Below, piece after piece: positions 14,550 to 26,341 of a DNA stretch of 64,000 nucleotides (position 1 is the stretch's first letter; the number at the start of each line of letters is the position of its first letter). Source of the stretch: Amoeboaphelidium protococcarum X5 (Eukaryota > Fungi > Aphelidiomycota); NCBI GenBank assembly GCA_023515725.1, contig JALDTO010000179.1, positions 266,052 through 330,051 of the forward strand, in the 5' to 3' direction. A program made the position numbers and the translations under genes. The notes below the pieces were generated by a model. That model made no database searches and was not told the DNA's origin. It saw only the letters and a program-made list of their open reading frames with translations.

Positions 14550-16751
14550 ATGGGAAAAGGATAGTGGAAGTCTATTCCAGTGCCGCTAGATTGTTCGCTC
14601 ACTGAAGGTGGCCAGGGATTTGGTCTGATTGAATTTGAAGAATTTGAGGATGTATCAATGCTTGGGGAGCGTACTACTATTACAACTGATGTATAGCCTG
14701 ATGACCAACCTGCTGATTAAAGAGTGGCGCCTATTAAAGCTTCCCTCTCAGCTGCTAGTCCTAAACAGAAGAAAATTAAGCGTACCTCTGAGCAGAATAT
14801 TGCGCCCGTGTAGGATTAGACTGATATGGAGTAAATTTATGCTGATATGAAAGACTGGCAAGTTTTTAATGGCAATGATGATAGTGACCAAAATAGACGC
14901 GTTTTATGTGATGAATTACTGCGTGGTCTTCACAAGCTTGGCTTTCTTAAGCCGACTCCTATCCAGCGGGATACTCTGAAAGTTGCTCTACCACCACTGA
15001 GTAAAGATGTTCTAGGTGCCGCTATTACTGGTAGTGGTAAATCGCTGGCTTTTGGTCTTCCTATACTGAACTATTTGTATTAGCAAAGACACTAGAATGC
15101 AGTCGCTGAAGATAAAAACAGTGATTCAGATGGCCTAGTCGCGTTAATACTGACACCCACAAGAGAACTGGCCATGTAGATTCGTGATCACTTTAGAGCA
15201 GTGAGTAACAATGAGATTGATGTCTTGGCCCTGGTTGGCGGAATGTCTACTTAGAAGTAGGAGCGGTTGTTGTTAGAGAGACCGCCCATTGTAGTTGCCA
15301 CTCCCGGTCGATTGAATGAATGGTTGTAGTGTAATCCTTCAGCTTCACTGAATTAGACTGAGCGTGGGGATTTGCGTTCTCGTGAAATATAGCAGTATTT
15401 TGAGATTGCCAAGTCTACGATGCGATTCTTGGTTATTGACGAGGCTGATAGAATGGTGGAACGTGGAAAGTATGAAGATTTGGACGATGTGTTAAAGTAC
15501 TTTTAGCCTATTGATAGTAGATCCAATTCATTACAGGATTGGGAGTAGCTGCCTGATGGTGAATTGGTGGTTAAGCAGTCTGATAATGACAAAGCATCTA
15601 ACGAATCTACTAGCGCATCGTCATCTTCCTAAAAGTAAAGTGATGCTATCGCGGTTGTAATTAAGAGACAGACTTTTGTATTTTCAGCTACATTGACTAC
15701 ATAGGATCAAGTGATGCTTATGAAGAAGAGTAGTGGTGGCAAGAGGAAGGTTAAAGATTCTCCGTTGCAAATCATTTATAAACGCGTCCACTTTGCTGAT
15801 AAGTAACCGGCAATTATTAATCTGACGGCTGAAGATGGTAATATGTCCCGCAAGTTGAAAGAGTGCGTAATCAAGTGTCCATCTCTATTCGACAAGGACT
15901 GTTACCTCTACTATTTCCTTCTGAAGTATGCCATGTTTCCAAAAGTAAAGACTATTATATTTGTCAACAGTATCGATGGTATCCGTCGACTTAATCCAAT
16001 TTTGACTCTATTGCAGATCAAGTGTAATGTTATTCACTCTGGTATGGACCAGAGACGTCGTCTGATTAGCATTGACAAATTCAAGAGAACTTGTGGTGTA
16101 CTGTTGGCATCAGATGTAGCTGCCAGAGGTTTGGATATTCCCAATGTAGATCATGTCATTCACTACCAGGTGCCATAGACTACAGATCTATACGTGCATA
16201 GGAGTGGTAGAACAGCTAGAGCTGCCAACGATGGTCTCAGCTTACTCCTGTGTGGACCAGAGGAAACACCTTAGCTCAAGATGATCAACTGCTTTGTCAA
16301 TGAACAGCAGCGATCAATCGAAGACTTTTCTATTGATCTAAGTACGGTGGCTAAATTGAAGTAGCGCGTCAAATTGGCAGTGGATATTGATAAGGCAAGT
16401 CATTAGATCACCAAATAGAAGCATGACGATGACTGGATCAGGAAAGCTGCAGTAGATTTGGACGTTGAACTGGATGAGGATTATCATGGAGACTTGTTCA
16501 GAGGCGGTCTGGACAGTAATGGTAGCTAAAGTGGCGTTAAGCAACAAGTTAGAAAAGAGAAAGGAATTGCAACGAAGCGTGCTGAATTGAAGCAGTTATT
16601 AAGCCAAAATATTCTTGGTGGAGGTTTGCAGAAGAAGTTTATCGCATCTGGTGGTAAAGTTGATCAACAGCTGATCCTTGAGAACTTGTCCTCTAATAAT
16701 CGCCTTTTATCCAAGAAGAGGGTACGCGCTTTGGATGATTTAGACTCTTGA
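14550..16751 (+). CDS. MAK5: DEAD-box RNA helicase Mak5/DDX24
   Basis: [65 protein letters not shown], and C-terminal W..KAA.DLD. Confidence 0.92.
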
Positions 16752-16920
16752 ATTATCTTCAATAGAGTTAATTAATTAGAATTTCTACTATCTTATATTT
16801 TTTCAATTTGTTATTAAATGCTTAATTGATATATTCTAGGAGCGATCAGTTCTTTTTACTATCGCTATCACTCGCGAGTTCTTACAGTTAAAGAACGAAA
16901 TTTAATATAAAGTAGAGAAA

Positions 16921-18031
16921 ATGGACTTGGTCAGAGATTGGTATTAATGGGCAAGATTAACTCTACAAAGGGCATTATTGCAGTCACTCACTCAGCACAG
17001 CGATAGCCTTCCTAATCATATTGCGTTCATCATGGATGGAAATCGACGGTTCGCCAGACGATCTCAGCGAGACATTAGTGTGGGGCACCAGATTGGCTTC
17101 AGCGCTCTTGAACAAGTATGATTATGATAATTCATTTGCAATTGATCATAATGATGTCATCTTATTGTTATTATAGATTCTGGAAACTTGCTACCATCTT
17201 GGGATTAAAGTCATCACAGTGTACGCGTTCAGTATAGACAATTTCAATCGATCGCAGGAGGAGGTGGACAATTTGATGGACCTATTCCGTGAGAAGTTAA
17301 AATTATTCCGAGATGAAAGGTATATATATATATATATTAGCATTAGCTCTAAGTATTGAAATCTTATATTAATGCTTGCGGTATGATTGAGTGTATAATC
17401 ATCGAACTGCGAGCATTGATAATAGTGTAGTCACCTAGTGCAATAGTATCAGGTGCGGATTCGTGTCGTTGGAGATCTGAACCTGCTTCCTGCTGATGTT
17501 CGCCAAGAAGCTCAAAAAGTGATGGAGTCTACTCGCTCATACAACAGGTAGTTTATTTCGCGTTGTATATATATGGTGAATCAACTCTATATTACTTTTA
17601 TATTTTGTAGAGCACTGCTTAATATTTGCTGTCCTTACACAAGTTCTTTCGATATCAACTAGGCATTTAAAAGAGCAGAGGAGGAGAATTAGTTGATGAT
17701 CAGTCAGCGTGAGAAATCAGTTTTAGATCGAACTGAAGTTGATTTTAAGTCAAAGCTCTTAATGCTGGATGATTGCGATTAGTTCCTACATTATCCATTA
17801 GATTTACTTATACGGACATCTGGAGAGACTAGGCTTAGCGATTTCATGTTGTATGAAGTGACGCGTAATCCTCAGGCCAGGATTGAATTCATTGATGTGA
17901 TGTGGCCAGAGTTTAATTTCTGGCACTTTTTACCAATTTTGATTAGATTCATGTATGACACAAAGTAGTAGAAGTAGAAGGAATAGTATTAGGATTAGAG
18001 GCTACAATTATAAACTTTATTTCATTCATGA
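16921..18031 (+). CDS. RER2: cis-prenyltransferase (dehydrodolichyl diphosphate synthase), 3 introns
   Basis: HIAFIMDGNRRFA, TVYAFSIDNFNRS, DLLIRTSGETRLSDF, WPEF. GT-AG introns at about 17116-17177, 17320-17430 and 17548-17610. Confidence 0.92.
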
Positions 18032-18086
18032 TAATAATTTTTATATCAGTCTTTTCTATAAATTGAGAGTGAGTGTATGTATGAAA

Positions 18087-21000
18087 TCACTTAGATGGAT
18101 ACTTGCAGTACTTGTCTTGAACAGCGACAACACGATAAGTTCCAGATTTATCTAATGGCAAAGAGTACACAGTGCTCGTAATATCAGACAAGGCCTTCTT
18201 CTCCAACACTTTACCACTATGATCATCAGAGAGTCGGACATAGGTAAATCCAAAAGGAGGATATCCCTGGAATTGTAAGTTCATCTCAGTGTGGGATCCT
18301 TCACGTATGATCTATTTACCAGAAGTTGTGATTTTAACTCTTGGAATGGAGTGATAGACATACTATGCATCAACCTGCTTACAGCATATCGGACTAAAAC
18401 TCTTTTCATCTGCACTCTATACTCCCTAACATAGAGATTTCAACCTCAATTGACCATCGCTGGAAAGCTTTGCCGCAATCTGGACCAGATCCTTCTTTCT
18501 CTAAAACTTGTATTACAAAGACTCTAAATCTGATGACTTGGTGTATGGCAAATGACTATCCTTGTGATCTAGCAGTATACTACCATCGGTAGATGAGCCA
18601 TTGCTATGCATCAATTCAAAGTTGAGTTGTAAGTCTTTGTGACCTCGCACGTTAAATTAAATCTCTTGACCAACACAATAATAGTCTTAAGACGACACGC
18701 CTTCAAACTCTGGTTACGTGATGGCATTAAATACAATTTTCTTACCAGCATTATTCCCAGATTAATCCACAGACTAATCCAACGAGCATTGGTTACCATC
18801 AGTCACATCAATAACTTGCAAGTGGTGGATACCTGCGTCGTAAAATAGTGGAATATCCTTAAATAACATTGTATCATCATCCACCACGGCAGATTTCACT
18901 GAATCATCATCAACGGCATACGTAACATTAAAAGGCTTCTAACCAACAAGTTTCAACTCAGGAATACTTGCCGCAGGTAGAGCGCTATTGACACAACAAT
19001 CAATGGTATTAATGTTCTTAAATCGCGCTTCTGGCCTCTTATTGACTTTAAACATTAAAGTTGATCCGCCAACTGTCACGTTCTTGTAATTAGAATCAGA
19101 TATAGTCTAGACAGTGAGAGAAAAATCTCCATTAGACTATAAAGAGCCGGTATCCACTTCAATGGCGCAGTTCTCTTCCAGACACTGTACACGATTAGTA
19201 AACGCTGTTGATTAGTCATTTTTCTTAACAATAGCGTACTAAACTTCAAAAGGGCTTTAGCCACCAAGACTGAGCTTCACTGAAAACTTATCATTCTAAC
19301 AAAGAGCAAATCTCTTCTTTTAAGACAAGTTATCAGATATTTTCACACTTGGTTTGGCGGTGTAGCTAACTTGCAAAATATTACCACCAATAATTGAACC
19401 TTTACAAAGCGCATCTTGAACAGATTTTATGGTATAAATGCCAGCTTTGTCAACAAAAAGAGAAGGTTCTTTTTTATCTTGATGAAACTCAAACTCGCCA
19501 TATTTCATGGGAATGCTGTCTAGAGACAGCTAATACAATACTTCCACTTGAACAGGATACTTATTGGCAAATACCTTCAAAGGAACGCTCCGACCTTCAT
19601 TTTCAATAATGTCCACCTTCATATCTGGTGACGCAAATGAAACTTGAGGATTAGCAGCGAATAATTTAAATTGTGCCGATTCCTAAAGCTAGACTTTACA
19701 TCCATTGCCATCGGTTAACTGATCGAATTCAACCTTGTATGAACCACTTTAATTAATCTTATCATCAAGACGCAATTCATAATCGCTCTAAGCAACTTTG
19801 ACTTCAGTAGATTTATGCAAAACATAGCCATCCTACTATATAGAGTAAGAAACAGTCCAAGGAGATGACCCAGTTAATTTAAGAGGCAGAACAACTTAGG
19901 GATACACCATATCCGCATTTGGACAAAAATACTACTGATGGTGCAAGACTGAAAGTGACGACGCAGCCTTAAATTCATGAGAGAACTCCTGATCTTATAC
20001 CGAAATCCACTCAGGATACATAGCGTCCTTAAATTCAGTGACTCGAATAGTATATTTGCCACTTTACTTTGGCTAAACGATCACATCTTGATCCGGAGAT
20101 ACAATTTTAGTCTGACCGGCTTTGCTCTAGCCATTGGCTTCAATAGCAGTATAATTGACCAAGAGCGGATATTTTCCACCATCTGATACACCAAACTATA
20201 ACTTGAATCCGTAATTACCAGAACACTGAGACTCTGCAATAAGACTTTATTTAACATCTAACTGAGGCTAAACATAAGGCTACAAAACACATACATTTGA
20301 CGAGACTCTACCACTACAGCGGTCATCTTTGTATGAAATTAATTGATAGGAGCCAAACTTATCCAACTGGATAGAATGCTTAGTTCCAGATACCTTAATC
20401 TACTTCGAGTGGACCTTGCCACTATTTAGCGCAGTAAACATATACTCAACGAAAGCAGATTCAACTTTATCCTAAAGCTGTACAGTGGCCTAAACAGTAT
20501 TTCGCAACTTTGTAGGATCATCCGGCTAACTGAGATAAAACTATTACTTAGGACATTCAAGTTGTGCAAAATTGCTCAACTAAACAACAACATCAACTCG
20601 ACTGGCATCGATCCCTTCAGTGTATACCGTTCTATGCTAACCACAATCAACACGAGTAATAAACATCTAGTAAGTGCCAGGTTCCTCAAAGCTCATGTCA
20701 ATATTCGCTTTCTCTCCCGATAGATTATTAAAATGCAAAAACTCACGACGTTACTTGGAATATACGGTGACATTACACTAGACATTTTGAGGACCTTCAA
20801 CGTTCAAAGGTATTTTAGGCGACTATCCTTAACAAACTTTAATTTCGCTGACTGCAAACTAAGCTTCCGGACAGTATTCAATCTTTAATTCTTTATTCTA
20901 CACAACTCCAGATCCTTTGGCGTCTTTGACCCAATTGATCGTATATTTACCAGTTCCATTAATCTACCACCTAAACTCGGCACAATTGCCAAACTTCACC

Positions 21001-21632
21001 TGATTGATATTAATAATATGCTCTCTGCTTCTACCAAGTAGAGATGGAATATCGTCCTCTGTAGAGTAGCTAAACTAAAACGGCGCCACACCACAAATCT
21101 ACAGTTGAGCAAACACCGGGTCATTAAGTTTGGAGTTATGAGATCGACGTATACACCCGATGGACTCAATATTAGTAACGGAGAGCGACGAATGCGGAAC
21201 AACTTGCACAGTCAGACTCCCTTCGATGAATTGGTCATCAGAAGACGCATAACCACCGCCAGCATTAATCCAATCATCGCTGAAACGTGAACGAAAAACG
21301 CGAAGAAATCCGCTGACAGACCGCCTTACTCCAACAGGCGAGCGTGGATGCCAAAGGGCGGTGACCAGTAGCAATGTCACTATCCACACACTCAACCATT
21401 AAGTCTTACTCTTCAGCACCAGCTTTGGAATCTGAGCAATATATAGACATCCCAGACAGAATGAAGAAATCATGCTCCACAATAATAGAAGTGAGAAATC
21501 GCGTATATAATTCAGATCATTAGAATGCAGCATAACCAGCTTCACATGGCCCACAATGTGACTTGTCAAAACAGCCAATAATAGAATGAATGCAGCAGTA
21601 GCAATTTATCTCTTGGCAACACTATCTATCAT
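18087..21632 (-). CDS. POM152: Nuclear pore membrane glycoprotein Pom152
   Basis: N-terminal TM segments, then repeated Ig-like units with G.(S/P)P(W/F).v.Y and D...C motifs. C-terminus FQGYPPFGFTYVR...YRVVAVQDKYCKYP. Confidence 0.8.
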
Positions 21633-21879
21633 AACCTAATACAGTAATTTTATCTTTTTTACCCGAGAAACTAATGTAATACTAAAAGACAGTTTCAAAA
21701 CCAAAGAAGAAACGAGAAAGTGACGCGATGAATCTCAACGAGAGAATTTGAAGGGGACAGCTTCCACCTGTAAGATTCACTCTTTGACTCGCTCGCTGGC
21801 TTTAGAAAATCCGATCATCTCCAGTGTTACGTGTTTACTTCAAGAGCATCCGTTATAAAATCATTAAGCAGTGTTTGGA

Positions 21880-22923
21880 ATGACGGCTAGTAATATTATT
21901 GTCATAGGGACGCGTCAATCTCCGCTGGCTGTGACTTAGACTCAGATGGTTTGTGACGCTATAAAGGAAATATATCCAGGCCATGATGATCTACAAATAG
22001 AAGTTAAGCACATCAAAACTACCGGAGATAACGTACTTGATGTGCCTCTAAATAAAATTGGATAGAAATCTTTATTTACCAAAGAATTGGAGGTGGCTTT
22101 ATTGAATAAATAAGTAGATTTGGTTGTCCACTCTCTGAAGGACGTGTCAACCACTCTGCCAGACGGTCTTCATCTGGGAGCTGTTTTAGAACGGGAAGAT
22201 CCGCGCGATGTGTTGATCTTACGCGCAAATCATCCACTAACAACAGGTAAACTTGAATCTCTTGCCGACCTGCCTGCTGGAACTGTGTTGGGAACTTCAT
22301 CGGTCCGTAGACTTGCTTAGCTGAAGCACATGTTCCCGCAGTTGCAATTTAAAGATATCCGTGGAAATCTAAATACGCGTTTACATAAGTTGGACACTAT
22401 GATGAAAGAGTAGCCTGATGATGGCTAATACGCGTACGATGGTCTTATTCTGGCATATGCAGGAGTTAAACGAATGGGATGGGAGACTAGAATTTCCCTT
22501 GTTCTTGAGAGTGATGCAACCGTGTGTAAATAGCCAGTTTTGTACGCAGTTGGTCAAGGCGCGTTGGCGATAGAGTGTAGAGCGGAAGATATACGTGAAA
22601 AACCGTTTATCCGCACTGTGTGTGAGCAGTTGACGCACAAACCAACTTTGATGCGCTGTACCGCTGAGAGGACCCTGATGCGGCGGTTAGAAGGCGGATG
22701 TTCCGTTCCTATCGGTGTTCATACATCATATGACTCTGCTGATAAGCAGCTGAATCTTTGTGCTGTAGTGTGCTCTGTTGATGGAGGATAACGAATTGAA
22801 GCAGAGATGGTGAGGAAGTGCGATTCACTGGAATAGGCGCACCTGCTCGGAGATGAAGTTGCACAAGACTTACTTGACAAAGGCGCATCCGCTATATTAT
22901 CGTCAGTTCCTAGAAATACATGA
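21880..22923 (+). CDS. HEM3: Porphobilinogen deaminase
   Basis: [65 protein letters not shown]. Confidence 0.97.
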
Positions 22924-23209
22924 ACTTATCACTTTTTGATGTTAATTTGCAATGGATAATTTTATCTCACTACCTTAATCGTAGTTTTGAAGTTGTGAGT
23001 AAGCGGTCTAATTTTTAGAATATCCAGTTGGGAAATTCTAAAGGTTAGATTGTGACAATACAGCGAGCAGGTAACTTCAGTAGACCTGAAATTAACTTAC
23101 AGTAGTTGAGTATAATTTATTGTCTATCCTCAAACCTTTTCCTATCAGTACTCTATCTCTAAGCGACATATAGTCCAAAAACGCAAAGCTCGATAAGTAA
23201 GATCACTAA

Positions 23210-24598
23210 CCAAATAAATTTATTCAAACTACCAGCGATACATCATGCTTCTTGTACACCTGCAATCTCATTCAACATCTTGATGTCACGATTACACATT
23301 TGCGAGAACTCCTAATATGACATTTGAATTGCCAACTTTGCGTGTCCAAAATCAATGAAGAGCAGTTAATCTCCTTTCCACATTATATTACGCGGTGCAA
23401 CGTCACCATGAGCTACGCCATTTTAATGAATTAACTATAATGAATCACGCAACTGCCGATAATGTGCTTAAATGTCAGCGACAGTAGATACACGTTCCAG
23501 GCGCTCTATCATTATAGCCTCAATCCAGCCATCAATCGACAGACGCGCCAACAATCTCGGAATGACAGTACCTTGCAATCTAGATAGCTTCAGATAACAT
23601 TAATGCTCTTAATCGATGGCATATACTTTTAAATGTTCTGGATCCTTGGTGGAGTCAGCCATTTTCAGCACCAATTAATGCGATCTAATTTCGACTTACC
23701 TATTATCATCGGATCTAAATGTAGTATGGATACCACCAAATACAACTGAATAAAGCTCAGAACCGCCAACAACTCGTTCAAAGTATACTTCATGAAGGCC
23801 GACATGCGTCACAACAGAAGTGTCAAAAACTTGATAATCGGGTTACATTGCAGGAGTGGGAGACGCGAAAATGCAATGATCTTTATTTTCGCAGAGATAA
23901 AACATGGCACATACAGCCTCCATCAAAGTGAATGGCGCACTTTAATCACGATGCACGGCGCTACTTACCTCCAAAGTGCTTTACTATCTCCCATCAGATC
24001 CACCACGACGCAGAAAGAAGAACTTATCAGCCGTACAGATTATTCCATATCTGTTATGATTAACAGACATGTAGCCATATTCTTGCCGTAACACCTTTTT
24101 CTTGATCTCCTCTTAATTAGTGAAATCAACAAGATCATCATCCACATCGAAAGCCCACATTGTCTTGATCTCAATTGGCAAGATGCAGCGGCGGCTAGGG
24201 TCGCCCTAATACTACAAAATAAGATCAGGATGGAGTCCTACAGCTGGACCGATATCTTAATGAATCACAGACCCACCCAAGGATTTGGCGATGTCTTCAG
24301 CGATCAAAAATACGCGAAGAATCAAATAATGCTTTACTTATGCCTCACTACCGACACTGACTGTACGCTAGTTAATTCCAATGTAGCAATCCATATCCAA
24401 AAGCGGCTAAATATGAATTCTATACGGAAAAATGACATCTTAGTCAAAGGATTTCCATAATTTCAACTCAATATCATCTAATTCACGAGGATGCCTCGGT
24501 ACAGACAGCTAGGTAGAGGTGCGGTCCTAACTGATCTCTGTGCTAGCGGGTATATGATTTAATAAATCACGTAATAATGTCATTGTTTATGTGATAAA
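23210..24598. repeat. Dispersed inverted duplication, arm A (partner at about 39065-40452)
   Basis: The reverse complement aligns without gaps to 39065-40452. Both CDSs are 1341 nt. Confidence 0.95.
23243..24583 (-). CDS. PD-(D/E)XK nuclease plus protein kinase fusion, copy A (446 aa)
   Basis: Intact frame from ATG 24583 to TGA 23243. HPDLI...PIEIKT...LRQEYGYM..N...YGII.T.DKFFFLRR, then LKMAD, E.QCY.KL..LQGTVIPRL, HGDVAPRNIM, IDFG. Confidence 0.85.
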
Positions 24599-24634
24599 AT
24601 GGTAACAATTCAAAGAGAAAGAAACCGATTTACT

Positions 24635-24700
24635 GACTGACCAATCCTTAGAGGTGATTGGACGCATCGCAGTTGCCAATCGCTGACAATGCGCGTGATT
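24635..24700. promoter_or_regulatory. CCAAT-box cluster upstream of nuclease-kinase copy A
   Basis: gaccaatc, gattgg and gccaatc within about 50 nt, followed by gcgcgt. Confidence 0.4.
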
Positions 24701-26341
24701 ATAAGGGGCCTGCGCTAACATTTTAGCGCTCAAGTTTAGACTAAATCTGCGCTGGTAGATTCTAATCAATATTATCGAAGCCCAGTTCTGAAGATTCAAA
24801 TCAGTCCGACGTATTAATGTCTTCTTTCACGTGCACATGTCTATCCTGCCGGGTTCGCTGGGGTTCACATGTCGTGGACGGTTTCCGTCAGTTACTTTGG
24901 CAAAATTTAGAATCGTTAAGTCAATCTTAAAAGTTAAATCTGATAGTTCAAATTACTTATACGTCTAAAGTGTTATGCTATGGATTTAGACACAGATCGC
25001 ACCTTAAATTATTGGTTCCGTGTTGATGTCTACTCATTGTCACAATTTAACCAGAATCAGAAACGCTTGGTTGATTTGAATTACCATTTGCTCTACACAG
25101 TGCTTCCAAAATACTTAATTTTTTGCCCAACTTTAAGGGAATACCAGACATTTAGAGAAGCCGAGTCGTAATTAAGCACGCTCACCATTAGATCGTACAG
25201 CGCCGCACATTACGCAAGTAAATCACGCGTTTGTGGTATATATACTGCAAATACACCTTTATGTAAGATCCTGTCTCTGGCAGTGAAATGAGCACTCTTA
25301 CTCTGTATCATCAAAGAATCTCAACCACAATGAGGTTCTGATACTAATAGCCATTCGTTTTAACTCATTATCTACTATTAAGGTACTCAGCACCATACAT
25401 ATTCCTTTTTAACCATAACTTCAAACACTTGGCTCGTGTCAGGTACCAATTGGCTCTAGCTCAGATCCAAAGAAAGCAACTCAACTTCAGCGACGTAGAC
25501 AAAAACTTTCAATAAGATTATAATTAAGACTGTGCAGTAAATTCAAAATTAACTAGAATAATATCGCAGGGAATAGCACTGGGCTACTGTTGTCGTCAGA
25601 GCCAAATGGCCCTAAGTGCGCGCTCAAAGAGTAAACCGCGCTCTGCGTATTCCAGGCTGAGACTGGAGAGTAGATATGTGCATGTGCTTTAAGATCAGAA
25701 TACACTAATTTTTTAGTAATGGGAGCTTTATGATGTTCAACCTTACTGCCCACAGTGCTAGACAAAAAGTAACTGGTTCGGCGCACTTTGCAGTTTGGCT
25801 ATGATCAAGCACGACTCAAGGAGAATGACTATGGTCACAACATGAGAGTTCTTAAAAGTCTAGTGTTTTTCAAAACACGTTGAATGTTGCATTTACAAGG
25901 CATTTAGATAATTCAAGTTATTTATGATAGACTTGGAAGTAATCTGTCTTCAGAAGTGACCACCTCACCTAGAGTTTACTGACAGATTCTACAGAGTAGA
26001 ATGTTATAGAACACTAAATAGGCAACGATGAAACACTTGTAAACTACACGATATTTACTAATAAGCATACTGAATTAAATTTTGTAGTTGGTAAAGGTGT
26101 GACATGACTTGCTCAGAGAGCTTACTACTGTTACTAAAGCGCACAGCTATAAGCTAGCCAGCCACTTACAGTAGTTACACTGTACTCGCGTCTAAGTCGC
26201 GCGCTTTCTCTCGCAGTCACCGCGATTGAACAATTCGCTGATTTCATCTTCTGCCAAATATATTATAACGGTAGACGTGTGTCAACTACCGTAATCTTTC
26301 GCCTCAATCATTTAGTGATCAGATTGCTATAACTTGAGTAT

